From: Kiritimatiella glycovorans
GTDB taxonomy: Bacteria > Verrucomicrobiota > Kiritimatiellia > Kiritimatiellales > Kiritimatiellaceae
Direction: 5' to 3'
DNA: 32,000 nucleotides
NCBI RefSeq assembly: GCF_001017655.1
Contig: NZ_CP010904.1
Span: forward strand, 1,230,001-1,262,000
The notes beneath the pieces are model-generated. The model searched no databases. It was not told where the DNA came from and worked only from the letters and a program-made list of their open reading frames with translations. Position numbers and translations under genes: made by a program. Of this stretch, positions 22,213 through 31,532 are shown piece by piece (the first letter of the stretch is position 1; each line of letters starts with the position of its first letter).

Positions 22213-25200
22213 ATGGACGTCACGGAAAATACCGGTACAGACCCGCGGCGCGGGGCTTTTTTTACACGAGGGGACTGGATTGCGGCGGCGGTCGGCTTGG
22301 TCGCGGCGCTCGCCGTCTACACCCTCACCCTGGCGCCGACGGTAACCCTGGAGGATTCGGGCGAGCTGGTCACGGCTTCGGATTACCTCGGAGTCCCTCA
22401 TCCGCCCGGCTACCCGAGCTGGTCGCTGCTGACCTGGCTTTTTCAGTGGGTCTTTCATTTCGTCCGCTTCCACGGGCACCCGAACCCCGCCTGGGCGGTG
22501 AACTTCTTCTCCGCGTTCGCGGGCGCGCTCGCCTGCGGCGTGATCGCCATGCTCGTGAGCTGTTCCGGCCGCCACATTCTGCAGCATCTGCAGAAGCAGA
22601 GCCGGGCGCTCGGCGAACGCACCTGCAGCGTCTTCTGTATGGTCGCGGGAATCTCGGCCGGGCTGCTGCTCGCCTTCAGCCAGGGCATGTGGTCCCAGGC
22701 GGTCATCGCCGAGGTCTACACGCTCAATGTCCTGTTCCAGAGTCTCGTGCTGATCTTTCTCTACCGCTGGATGTGCCGTCCCTCCGACTACCGGTACCTG
22801 TTCGTCATGGCGTTCGTCTTCGGGCTGGGACTGACCAACCACCAGACCCTGATCTTCATGGGCGTGGCGCTGGCGTTCGCCGTCTTCTGTAAAGATCTTC
22901 GGTTCCGCCCCCCCCGCGACCTCATTCTCGGCATCTGCGCCGCGGCGGCCGTCGCCGCAGTGATCTGGGCATCCAAGGCCGATGTGCAGCCGCTGATCTG
23001 GATCGGGCTGCTGGGTGCGTTCGTACTGGCGGGCATGCTGCGCCAGATGATCCTGTTCCGCGACTTCCTGCTGACGGGGCTCTGCTTCGTGCTGATGTAC
23101 GCACTGAACATGATCGCCGCGAACTACGGGGAAGCGAGCATGCTCTGGACCAGCGGCCCCGGATCATGGGGCTTCTGGTTCTGGACGGCCTACTCGCTGA
23201 TCATCCCGGTCATCGCGGCCTTCGTGCTGCCGAACGGACGGGCGGTGTGCTTCACCTTCCTGCTGGCCTTTCTGGGGCTCTCGTTCTATCTCTACATGCC
23301 GCTCTCCTCCGACCAGAACCCGCCCATCAACTGGGGCTATCCCCGCACCTGGCAGGGGTTCATGCACGCCATCACGCGCGGGCAGTATGAAAAAGTGACG
23401 ATGAGCGACGTGTTCTCGAAACAGTTCCTGCTCCAGATCCGCGCCTACCTCCACGACCTCCGCAGCCAGTTTTTCGCACCGGTCGCCCTGCTCGCCCTGA
23501 TCCCGTTTCTCGCCCTGCCGGTCTTCCGCCGCGACGACGGGACGTGGAAGGTCTATTCCCGGTTCGGCCGTACCGGGGCGTTCTGGCTGCTCACCTCCGC
23601 CGTGGCGTTCATCGCCGTCGGGATCATGTTCATCATCCTGCAGAATCCCAAGCTCGACATCCAGACCCTGTTTATCGCCCGCGTCCAGTACATCCAGTCG
23701 CACGCGATCTACGCCATCTGGCTCGGCTACGGGCTGCTCCTGCTGATGGCCTTTCTCCAGACCCTGGTCCATAACCGGCCGCTGTTCCGCTATACCGGCC
23801 TCGCCCTCGTGCTGCTCCTGCCCTTCTCCCTGATCTGGAAAAACTACTACAGCGAAAAACAGTTCAGCGTGGTCGGCGGCTGCGAACAGAACGGTCACCA
23901 TTTCGGCTGGCAGTTCGGGAACTGGTCGCTGCGCGGCTGGAAGGGCATCCGCGACGACCTGAACGCGGAGCTTCCCGAAGAAGAATTCCGCCGGGTCTGG
24001 GAAGACTACCCCACGCCGGGGTATCCCGAACCGATGGGCACCAACGCGATCTTCTTCGGCGGGACCGATCCGGGACGATTCGTGCCGACGTACATGATCT
24101 ACTGCGCGAAGGTCCGCCCCGATGTCTACCTGATTACCCAGAACGCGCTGGCGGACCACACCTACATGGCGGTGATGCGCGACCTGTACGGCGACCAGAT
24201 CTGGATTCCCTCCCCGAAGGACACGAACCTCGCCTTCCAGGAATACATCCGCGCCGTCCGGGAAGGTAAAATGCAGAGCGGCGGCGACCTGCAGGTGCAG
24301 GGAGGCCGCGTGAGCATCGAGGGCGTGGGCGGCGTGATGAAGGTGAACGGCATCCTGACCCGGGATATCTTCGAGCATAACCCTTACGTTACGGAGGCGA
24401 AGACGCACGAGAAGACCCGGCCCGTGGGTTCGGCCGTCGTGCCGCACGAACCGCGGATCGACCCCGAAACCGGTCACCCGCCGAAACGGACCTTCTATGT
24501 CGAGGAGAGCTACGTCATCCCGTGGATGTATCCCTACCTCACCCCGAACGGCATTATCATGAAACTGAACCAGGAGCCCACGGAACTGACGCCGGAGATG
24601 GTGCACAACGATATGGTGTTCTGGGACTGGTACGAGGATCGCCTGCTCTCCGACCCGAAATTCAAACGCGACGTGGTCGCCCGCAAGAGTTTTTCGAAGC
24701 TGCGTGGTTCGATCGGCGGCCTGTATCACGCGCGGGGCATGGACGAGGAGGCCGAACGCGTGTTCCGCCAGTCGATCCGCCTCTACCCGCTCAGCCCGGA
24801 GGCGGTCTTCCGCCTGGCCGATCTCTACCAGTCGCAGGATCGGTACGGGGACGCCAAACAGGTGGTTTCGGAGCTGCTGGAACAGGACCGGCTGAACGAC
24901 AAGGCGCGTTCGTTTCTCGAACACCTGGACCGGATGCAGCAGCTCGAAACGCGGCGGCGCGAACTCCGCAAACGGCTCGAGGCGGGAAAATCGCTGGACC
25001 TGCTCGAACTCATACGTATCGAACAGGCGCTCGGCCATACGGGAGAGGTGGTCCGCCTGACCCGCCTCGCGCTCTCAGAGGACCGCCTCTCGCCGGAACA
25101 GACCGGCCAGCTGGCCGGAGCCCTGATCCGCATCAAGCGCTACGATCTCGCCGAAGAAGTCGTGACAGACTACCTGAAAAAACAACCGGGCAACGTGGCC

Positions 25201-25425
25201 GTCTGGCTCGATCTCGCTTCGCTGCGCATGCAGCTCCGCCGTCCGCTCAACGCCGTGCTGGAGCCGCTCCGCAGTGCGGTGCAGGCCGGAGGAGATCTCG
25301 CGCGCGAGAAGATCCGCAGGGACGAGCGCTTCAAGGCGCTCCGCAAACACCCGTCGTTCAGGGCCATCGTCGGCAACCCGTCTCCGTCCCTGAACCGCAA
25401 AAGGATGTCGCCCTCGTTCCCGTAA
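22213..25425 (+). CDS. Large polytopic DUF2723 (TMEM260-like, GT-C-type) membrane protein with a C-terminal TPR-like region
   Basis: 1070 aa. The N-terminal signature is LAPTVTLEDSGELVTASDYLGVPHPPGYP, followed by more than 10 hydrophobic segments. The C-terminal ~350 aa contain helical repeats (..AERVFRQSIRLYPLSPEAVFRLADLYQSQDRYGDAKQV..). Confidence 0.8.
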   Translation: MDVTENTGTDPRRGAFFTRGDWIAAAVGLVAALAVYTLTLAPTVTLEDSGELVTASDYLGVPHPPGYPSWSLLTWLFQWVFHFVRFHGHPNPAWAVNFFSAFAGALACGVIAMLVSCSGRHILQHLQKQSRALGERTCSVFCMVAGISAGLLLAFSQGMWSQAVIAEVYTLNVLFQSLVLIFLYRWMCRPSDYRYLFVMAFVFGLGLTNHQTLIFMGVALAFAVFCKDLRFRPPRDLILGICAAAAVAAVIWASKADVQPLIWIGLLGAFVLAGMLRQMILFRDFLLTGLCFVLMYALNMIAANYGEASMLWTSGPGSWGFWFWTAYSLIIPVIAAFVLPNGRAVCFTFLLAFLGLSFYLYMPLSSDQNPPINWGYPRTWQGFMHAITRGQYEKVTMSDVFSKQFLLQIRAYLHDLRSQFFAPVALLALIPFLALPVFRRDDGTWKVYSRFGRTGAFWLLTSAVAFIAVGIMFIILQNPKLDIQTLFIARVQYIQSHAIYAIWLGYGLLLLMAFLQTLVHNRPLFRYTGLALVLLLPFSLIWKNYYSEKQFSVVGGCEQNGHHFGWQFGNWSLRGWKGIRDDLNAELPEEEFRRVWEDYPTPGYPEPMGTNAIFFGGTDPGRFVPTYMIYCAKVRPDVYLITQNALADHTYMAVMRDLYGDQIWIPSPKDTNLAFQEYIRAVREGKMQSGGDLQVQGGRVSIEGVGGVMKVNGILTRDIFEHNPYVTEAKTHEKTRPVGSAVVPHEPRIDPETGHPPKRTFYVEESYVIPWMYPYLTPNGIIMKLNQEPTELTPEMVHNDMVFWDWYEDRLLSDPKFKRDVVARKSFSKLRGSIGGLYHARGMDEEAERVFRQSIRLYPLSPEAVFRLADLYQSQDRYGDAKQVVSELLEQDRLNDKARSFLEHLDRMQQLETRRRELRKRLEAGKSLDLLELIRIEQALGHTGEVVRLTRLALSEDRLSPEQTGQLAGALIRIKRYDLAEEVVTDYLKKQPGNVAVWLDLASLRMQLRRPLNAVLEPLRSAVQAGGDLAREKIRRDERFKALRKHPSFRAIVGNPSPSLNRKRMSPSFP

Positions 25426-25467
25426 TCGGATGTGCGGCCGCCCCCGCGCCGTCCGCAGCCAGGCCCT

Positions 25468-26559
25468 ATGAAATCGCACGACTCCACACCGGATCCGGGA
25501 CGGCTCGAGGCCTACGATTACGATCTGCCGCGGGAACGGATCGCGCAGCATCCGTCCCCCGTCCGGCACGAGTCGCGGATGATGGAGGTCCGCCGCGACC
25601 GCGACGAGTTCAGGCATCGCAGGGTCTCCGACCTCCCCGATCTTCTCGAGGCCGGAGATCTGCTGGTGTTCAACGACACACGCGTGATTCCCGCCCGCAT
25701 CTTCGGGCACAAGAAAACCGGGGGACAGGTCGAGCTGCTGTTGCTCGAGGAACAGCCGTCCGGCGAATGGGAGGCGCTGCTGAAATGCTCCCGGCGGCCC
25801 GCCGCGGGAGAGGATGTGGAGTGCTGCGGGGGCGAACTCCGTGCCGCGGTGCTGGAACACGGCGAACGCGGCCGCGTACGCCTCCGCCTCCGTCATCGCC
25901 GCCCCCTGATGGAGATCCTGGAGGAGTACGGCCTGCCCCCCCTCCCGCCGTACATCGACCGCAGCGACGCGTCATCGGAACAGGTGCGGCAGGACCGCGC
26001 GCGCTACCAGACGGTCTACGCCGCCGAGCCCGGGGCCGTCGCGGCCCCTACGGCGGGGCTCCACTTCTCGCCGGAACTGCTCGACCGGCTCGAGGCCCGC
26101 GGCGTACAGCGCGCCATGGTTACGCTCCACGTGGGCCTCGGCACGTTCCGCCCCGTTACGGAGTCCCGGATCGAGCGGCATCGGATGGACGAGGAACGCT
26201 ACCGGATTCCGGCGCAGACACGGGCGATGATCGCCGCGGCGCGCAACGCACAGCGACGTGTGATCGCCGTCGGATCGACGGTCGTTCGCACGCTGGAGAG
26301 CGAGGCGGACCGGCTTGACCCGGGCCCGGAGGGCTCCGCCGGAGGCGACCTGGAAGGCCGGAGCGGGCTGTTTATCTATCCCCCCTACCCCTTCCGGTCG
26401 ATCGACGCCATCCTGACCAATTTTCATCTGCCCCGCTCGACCCTGCTGATGATGATGGCGGCGTTCGCCGGGCGTGAGCGCATCCTGTCGGCCTACCGCG
26501 AAGCGGTTCGCGAGCAGTACCGGTTTTACAGTTACGGCGACTGCATGCTGATTCTCTGA
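25468..26559 (+). CDS. queA: S-adenosylmethionine:tRNA ribosyltransferase-isomerase
   Basis: Blocks present are YDYDLPRERIAQHP, GDLLVFNDTRVIPARI, LPPYI, YQTVYA, AAPTAGLHF, TLHVGLGTFRPV, VIAVGSTVVRTLES, ILTNFHLPRSTLLMMM and YRFYSYGDCMLI. ATG at 25468 is preferred over GTG at 25432. Confidence 0.93.
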   Translation: MKSHDSTPDPGRLEAYDYDLPRERIAQHPSPVRHESRMMEVRRDRDEFRHRRVSDLPDLLEAGDLLVFNDTRVIPARIFGHKKTGGQVELLLLEEQPSGEWEALLKCSRRPAAGEDVECCGGELRAAVLEHGERGRVRLRLRHRRPLMEILEEYGLPPLPPYIDRSDASSEQVRQDRARYQTVYAAEPGAVAAPTAGLHFSPELLDRLEARGVQRAMVTLHVGLGTFRPVTESRIERHRMDEERYRIPAQTRAMIAAARNAQRRVIAVGSTVVRTLESEADRLDPGPEGSAGGDLEGRSGLFIYPPYPFRSIDAILTNFHLPRSTLLMMMAAFAGRERILSAYREAVREQYRFYSYGDCMLIL

Positions 26560-26659
26560 GTCAATGGGGGCTGGATCGGCGGCAGACCGACTGCTAGGCT
26601 GAAGCACCCGTGAAGGGATCGCCGCGCAACAAAAGGCGGACGCCGGAGGACCGAGTCCA

Positions 26660-28363
26660 ATGACCGACAAGAAGACAGCGCTGAAGTGGTTCGCCGTGCT
26701 CCTGGTCTGCGGCTGCACGGGCGCGGCCCGGGCCCAGCTGCCCGGGGAAACCCTGCTGCTGATCAACCGCAACTCCGCGGCATCGATGAAGGTGGGGCAT
26801 TTTTTCGCCCGGACCCGCAAGGTGCCCTTCGAAAACATCGTGTACCTGGACGTCCCCGCCGAGGCGGTGCAGGGCACCTACTCCATAGCCCCCGAAGAAT
26901 TCACCCGGCATATCTGGGACCCCGCCCGCGCGGCGGCAGACCGGCGCGGCCTCGCCGATCACCTCCTCGCCTGGGTGTACTCGGTCGATTTCCCCATCCG
27001 GGTCACCGCCTCCCCGGATGTCTCCATCACGGGCCTGACCTTCGCCCGCAACGATCTCCCCGCGAGTGAAAAGGTGAAAAAGGGGCAGTATCTCTCGCAT
27101 CTCTTCTGCGGACCGACCCCGAAAGGCGAGCGGTCCCGCCCTCCCCTTTCCTTCGCCCGCTCCGCCGCAGGGCTCGGCGACCGCATGCCGCTGCCCGCCA
27201 TGATGCTGGGCCACCTCGGCCCGGGCGGAAGCACCGTGGAGCAGGTCATGGAAACCCTCCGCCGGGGAGCCCGCTCGGACGGCTCCCGTCCCGACTCCGG
27301 CATCTACTTCGTGCGCACGGATGATGAGCATCGATCCAAACCGCGCGAGTGGCAGTACGCGGCGGTCCAGACGGAACTGGCTCGGTTCGGGATCGAGGCG
27401 ACGACCACGACCAACTTTCCCGCCGGCGAGGAGAACGTGATCGGGCTGCTCACCGGCGCGAAAACGGTCGATCCCGGCCGGGTGGAGTCGTTCGCCCCGG
27501 GGGCTGTCGCGGAACACCTCACGAGCTGGGCCGCGGTCTTCGAACGCCCCCAGACCAAGCTCACCGCGTGGCTCAACAACGGCGTTACCGCGTCCGCCGG
27601 TACGGTCACCGAACCGTACAACGTATGGACGAAATTCCCGCACGCCCGCCTCTTCGTGATGTACGCCGGGGGATGCACCGCGATGGAGGCCCTCTACCAG
27701 TCGATTGCGTGCCCCTTTCAGTCGCTTATCCTCGGCGAACCGTTCGCGCGTCCCTGGCGGCTGCCTGTCCGCGTCGGCGTCGCCGGACTTCCCCGAGAGA
27801 CGCTGGACGGGGACGTGACGCTCCGCGGGCAGGCGGCCCCGCAGCACCCGAAACTCTCCTTCGAATTCGCGTTCTACGTCGACGGGCGTCTGCGGCGCGA
27901 CTTCGATGCGGATTCGACGTACCGCCTGCCGGTAAGCGAACTGAATGACGGGTTCCATACACTGCGGGTCGCGGCGCGGCTCAAAAAACCCGTAGTGCAC
28001 GCGATAGAGGCCACCGGCGGGTTCATGGTCGACCGCGCGGGGCGCTCGGCCGTCATCCGCACCATCGAGGGCCGGGAAGACGGCGCGGTGGCCGTGACCG
28101 TCGAAACGCGCTCGGACACGCCGCCGCAGAAGGTGTGTCTTATGCGCGGGTCGCTGCTTCTCGACGAGCGGGAAGGCGGCGGCGAACACGAGTTCCGGTT
28201 CAACGAACGCGAGGTCGGTGAAGGGGTTCATATTCTGCAGGCGGTGGCCCGGTTCGAAGACGGAGCGGAGGTCAGAAGCGCGCCGGCCAGGTGCGAAATC
28301 GCCTTTCCCGAACCGAAGCCGGAACGGACGGCGGAGGAGGAAAGCGGGGGGACGGATGAATAA
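26660..28363 (+). CDS. Secreted hypothetical protein resembling the TIGR03790 uncharacterised family, with a C-terminal extension
   Basis: 567 aa, with GGAGGA 9 nt upstream. A signal-like N-terminus is WFAVLLVCGCTGAARA. The blocks LLLINRNSAASMKVGHFFARTRKVP..NIVYLD, AVAEHLTSWAA, GVTASAGTVTEPY and LILGEPFARPW match my recollection of TIGR03790-type proteins. The family assignment is from memory and was not searched. Confidence 0.6.
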   Translation: MTDKKTALKWFAVLLVCGCTGAARAQLPGETLLLINRNSAASMKVGHFFARTRKVPFENIVYLDVPAEAVQGTYSIAPEEFTRHIWDPARAAADRRGLADHLLAWVYSVDFPIRVTASPDVSITGLTFARNDLPASEKVKKGQYLSHLFCGPTPKGERSRPPLSFARSAAGLGDRMPLPAMMLGHLGPGGSTVEQVMETLRRGARSDGSRPDSGIYFVRTDDEHRSKPREWQYAAVQTELARFGIEATTTTNFPAGEENVIGLLTGAKTVDPGRVESFAPGAVAEHLTSWAAVFERPQTKLTAWLNNGVTASAGTVTEPYNVWTKFPHARLFVMYAGGCTAMEALYQSIACPFQSLILGEPFARPWRLPVRVGVAGLPRETLDGDVTLRGQAAPQHPKLSFEFAFYVDGRLRRDFDADSTYRLPVSELNDGFHTLRVAARLKKPVVHAIEATGGFMVDRAGRSAVIRTIEGREDGAVAVTVETRSDTPPQKVCLMRGSLLLDEREGGGEHEFRFNEREVGEGVHILQAVARFEDGAEVRSAPARCEIAFPEPKPERTAEEESGGTDE

Positions 28364-28931
28364 TCGGCGTCCCTGTGTCTTTTTCGACCGCGACGGCATC
28401 GTCAATGTCTCGCCCGGCGACGGCTACGTGGAATCTCCGGCAGGATTCCGGCTGCAGGAAGGATTCGTGCAGGCGCTGCGCGCGGTCAGGCACGGCGGTT
28501 TTGCGGCCGTGGTGGTGACCAATCAGCAGGGGATCGGTAAAGGCCTCATCACGGAGGCGGATCTGGACCGCATCCATGCAAAGATGCATGCCGGGCTGGG
28601 CGAGCGCGGGCTGAAACTGGACGCCGTCTATCACTGTCCTCATCTGGCGGGGACCTGCTTCTGCCGCAAGCCGCTTCCGGGTCTGCTGCTCCGGGCGGCC
28701 CGCGAACTGCAGCTCGACCTGTCCCGATCCTGGATGGTCGGCGATAAAGAAAGCGATGTCGACGCCGGACGCGCCGCCGGCTGCCGGACCGTGAGAATCG
28801 GCGTCCCGGATACGACCCGGGCGGACTTCCGCCTGCCGGAGATCGGCCTGCTGGCGGATTTCTTCAGGGAACGGCTTAAGGGGCCCTGCCCCCGCGCGAC
28901 GGAAGGCGCAGAAAAACCGGTGGATTCATGA
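28356..28931 (+). CDS. gmhB: D-glycero-D-manno-heptose 1,7-bisphosphate 7-phosphatase (HAD-IIIA)
   Basis: ~191 aa from ATG 28356, overlapping the upstream stop by 8 nt. Motifs present are FFDRDGIVN (HAD motif I), [17 protein letters not shown]...[11 protein letters not shown] (Zn-loop/motif) and [16 protein letters not shown]. Confidence 0.85.
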   Translation: MNNRRPCVFFDRDGIVNVSPGDGYVESPAGFRLQEGFVQALRAVRHGGFAAVVVTNQQGIGKGLITEADLDRIHAKMHAGLGERGLKLDAVYHCPHLAGTCFCRKPLPGLLLRAARELQLDLSRSWMVGDKESDVDAGRAAGCRTVRIGVPDTTRADFRLPEIGLLADFFRERLKGPCPRATEGAEKPVDS

Positions 28932-29392
28932 AGAACGGAAACGCGGAGCGCACGGTCGGCAGAACGGTCTCGTACGGACCGGAGGAGACCCGTGAGATCG
29001 CGGGGGAACTGGCGCGCGAACTGTCCGACGGCGCGGTGCTGGCCCTCCACGGCGATCTCGGGGCGGGCAAGACCTGTTTCGTGCAGGGACTCGCCCGGGC
29101 GTGCGGCGTCGACCAGCCCGTAACCAGCCCCACCTTCACGCTGATCAATGAGTACCGCGGCCGGCGGCGCGTCTACCATATCGATCTCTATCGGATCGCG
29201 GACCCGGAGGAGCTGCGCGACCTCGGATGGGAGCAGTACATGGAGCCGGACGGCATCACGGTCGTGGAGTGGGCCGAACGTGCGGCGGACGCGTTTCCCG
29301 GCACGGCCATCCATATTCGCTTTGATTACGGGAAGGAACCCGAAGAACGGATCCTGTGTTTTGACCGCGGAGGCGCGCCATGCTCACGCTGA
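28928..29392 (+). CDS. tsaE: tRNA t6A37 biosynthesis ATPase TsaE (YjeE)
   Basis: 154 aa. Blocks present are [24 protein letters not shown] (Walker A), [20 protein letters not shown] and VVEWAE. The start overlaps the gmhB stop (ATGA). Confidence 0.9.
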   Translation: MKNGNAERTVGRTVSYGPEETREIAGELARELSDGAVLALHGDLGAGKTCFVQGLARACGVDQPVTSPTFTLINEYRGRRRVYHIDLYRIADPEELRDLGWEQYMEPDGITVVEWAERAADAFPGTAIHIRFDYGKEPEERILCFDRGGAPCSR

Positions 29393-30054
29393 CCGCCGAC
29401 GGCTCCACCTCGCATGGCAGCATCGCCCTCGCGGACGAGGACGGCTTTCGCGCCGAACGCACCTGGACCGAGGAGAGACGGGGTCCCAGGCTCTTCTTCG
29501 ATCAGCTCCGCCGTCTGCTGGAAGAGACGGGAAAGCGTCTGGAGGGGGTCGATTTCCTGACGGTCGGCCGCGGGCCCGGGTCCTTTTCCGGTCTGCGCAC
29601 CTCCTTCGCCGTATTCCAGTCCGCCGCCCTGCCCGATCACCGCCCGCTGTTTGCTCTGAACAGCACGCGCGTACTCGCAGCGGAACTCCTGGCCGAGACC
29701 GGCGCCGGGCGGGTCGGGGTCTGCGGAGATGCGCGCCGCGGTCATCTCTGGTTCGCCGTCTACACCGGTCCTGCCGAGAATCCGGAGGAGGTCTCCCCCC
29801 CTGCCCTGGTGCCCTACGAAAACGTCGCTTCGCAGATTGACTCCGATCTGCCGATCGTCTCGCCCGACCGGACACGGCTCGAACGGCTTGCCGTCGACGG
29901 GCTGCCCGCGGGGCTGTTACCCCAACCCCGTTTCCCTTCGGCACAGACGCTCGGAGAAATGGCACTCGTCCGCAAAGCGGCGAACGCCCCCTTCGACGAT
30001 CCGGAACCCCTCTACCTGCACTCCGCCGTGGCCGCCAGACCGCGGTTTGAATAA
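29380..30054 (+). CDS. tsaB: tRNA t6A37 biosynthesis protein TsaB (YeaZ)
   Basis: 224 aa. The block FLTVGRGPGSFSGLRTSFAVFQSAAL is typical of TsaB. It overlaps the tsaE stop by 13 nt. Confidence 0.87.
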   Translation: MLTLTADGSTSHGSIALADEDGFRAERTWTEERRGPRLFFDQLRRLLEETGKRLEGVDFLTVGRGPGSFSGLRTSFAVFQSAALPDHRPLFALNSTRVLAAELLAETGAGRVGVCGDARRGHLWFAVYTGPAENPEEVSPPALVPYENVASQIDSDLPIVSPDRTRLERLAVDGLPAGLLPQPRFPSAQTLGEMALVRKAANAPFDDPEPLYLHSAVAARPRFE

Positions 30055-30100
30055 GTGAAACGAAGAGATTCTTTTCGCTGGCGAGAGGTTTTTTTTGCTT

Positions 30101-30106
30101 TAGAAT
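30101..30106 (+). promoter_or_regulatory. Possible -10 element (TAGAAT) preceded by a T8 tract, upstream of the protease gene
   Basis: TAGAAT at 30101-30106 is 5/6 to consensus, but there is no convincing -35 (TGGCGA at best). A T-run at 30089-30096 could be UP-like or the tail of a weak tsaB terminator. Confidence 0.25.
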
Positions 30107-30131
30107 GCCCCTGCGAATGGGGGGATTTACA

Positions 30132-31202
30132 ATGAAGTCTTCAGAAGCTTTTTTGCGGGTCGGCTTGGCTTTTCTTCTGAGCGCGTCCTCCGCGATTGCC
30201 ATCGTAACGGAGGATAACTCCACGGCGGAAACCGCACCTACGAACGCCGGCGCCGCGTGGGATATCGAGTGGGACTATGTGTATAACGTCAATCAGCCGG
30301 GCAGCGGGGTAGCTATTGACGAATACTGGCTGCTGACGGCCGCGCATGTGGCCGATGACGGGAATGCTGCGCTTACGATCGGCGGGACCAACTACACCGC
30401 CGTTCAGACCAATTATCATAATCAGGCCGATCTTGCCCTCATCCGCTATGACAAAGCGTTTCCGGGCTATTATCCCCTGTATACGAACGACTTTTCATCT
30501 CAGCCCACAGGTGTACTGATCGGCTACGGGCAGACGGGCACCGTAACTTCCTTAATCAATGACTACTACAATTCCTCCGGCTCCGCGGGAACCAAACGCT
30601 GGGGGTCCAATATTATTGAAGGACGGGAAACCAATGTGAGTTACACCATTGGCAGCGACGGGTGGACCAACGAAATGGTCCGCATGGGATTTGATCTGAG
30701 TGACACGGACTATGAATGCGGTGTAGGCTTCGGCGATTCCGGCGGCGGGTTATTCGTGGAAGTGACCGGAACCTGGAAGCTGGCCGGGATCAACACGATC
30801 CGGGAAGACGGCACATTCGGATATACAGGTCAGAAGGCGGTGGATCTTACGCAGTATAACGACTGGATCACCCAGACCGTTCCCGAACCCGGCAGCATGG
30901 TGCTCATGAGCGGTTCGCTGGCGGGCGTGTTCGGCTTGCGGAGGCGGCGGAGATACGCGATCGAAAAGAGCCGGCAGCGCTTGCAAACCGTCGATCTGAC
31001 ACGCTCACCGCATCGTTATCGCGGCCAGGCCCGCCATTACCTCGGAATGTGGCGATTGGTGTTTGTCGTGCAGGACCGGATCGTGCGGCCGAATGCGAAC
31101 CGCCGGTCGCACAGGGACCTGATCGGCGATCTGCTGCTGCGATGGGACGACCTCCGGCTGCGTGCGGTCCATCGCCTGCTGCATCTTTTCCGCCGCAGTT
31201 GA
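30132..31202 (+). CDS. Secreted trypsin-like (S1) serine protease with a PEP-CTERM sorting signal followed by an atypical 82-aa basic extension
   Basis: ATG at 30132 is preceded by GGGGGGA, and the signal peptide is MKSSEAFLRVGLAFLLSASSAIA. The catalytic triad contexts are LTAAHV, DLALIRY and GDSGGGLF. The PEP-CTERM signal VPEPGSMVLMSGSLAGVFGLRRRRR lies at 30879-30953. The ORF then continues to TGA at 31200-31202. Confidence 0.82.
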   Translation: MKSSEAFLRVGLAFLLSASSAIAIVTEDNSTAETAPTNAGAAWDIEWDYVYNVNQPGSGVAIDEYWLLTAAHVADDGNAALTIGGTNYTAVQTNYHNQADLALIRYDKAFPGYYPLYTNDFSSQPTGVLIGYGQTGTVTSLINDYYNSSGSAGTKRWGSNIIEGRETNVSYTIGSDGWTNEMVRMGFDLSDTDYECGVGFGDSGGGLFVEVTGTWKLAGINTIREDGTFGYTGQKAVDLTQYNDWITQTVPEPGSMVLMSGSLAGVFGLRRRRRYAIEKSRQRLQTVDLTRSPHRYRGQARHYLGMWRLVFVVQDRIVRPNANRRSHRDLIGDLLLRWDDLRLRAVHRLLHLFRRS

Positions 31203-31257
31203 AGGATGCCGATTCTTATGACCCCCAGGAGAAATCCGGGCCGGCCCTTAATAACAC

Positions 31258-31285
31258 TTGCTTTGTGTCATTATAGGGTTAGAGT
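31258..31285 (+). promoter_or_regulatory. Possible promoter of the DUF378 gene
   Basis: TTGCTT (31258-31263), a 16-nt spacer, then TAGAGT (31280-31285). The RBS AAGGAGG and ATG 31310 follow. Confidence 0.3.
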
Positions 31286-31309
31286 AGAGCGCAAGAAAGG
31301 AGGTCGCAT

Positions 31310-31501
31310 ATGAAGGCATTGAATTTCATTGCGATGCTGTTGATTGTGATCGGGGCTTTGAACTGGGGGCTGTGGGGCATTTTCCAGTTCGACCTCGTCG
31401 CGGCCCTGCTGGGCGGTCAGAGTGCTGTGCTCAGCCGGATCGTCTACACGCTCGTAGGACTCGCCGGAGTCTACGGCATCCGTTTCCTCAAAACGGGCTG
31501 A
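31310..31501 (+). CDS. DUF378-domain small membrane protein
   Basis: 63 aa with a strong RBS (AAGGAGG). The sequence IAMLLIVIGALNWGLWGIFQFDLVAALLGGQSAVLSRIVYTLVGLAGVYGI matches the characteristic DUF378 (GALNWGL..FDLV) pattern. Confidence 0.85.
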   Translation: MKALNFIAMLLIVIGALNWGLWGIFQFDLVAALLGGQSAVLSRIVYTLVGLAGVYGIRFLKTG

Positions 31502-31532
31502 ACCCTGCCTGCCGATCCCTTCGGCGTAAAAG

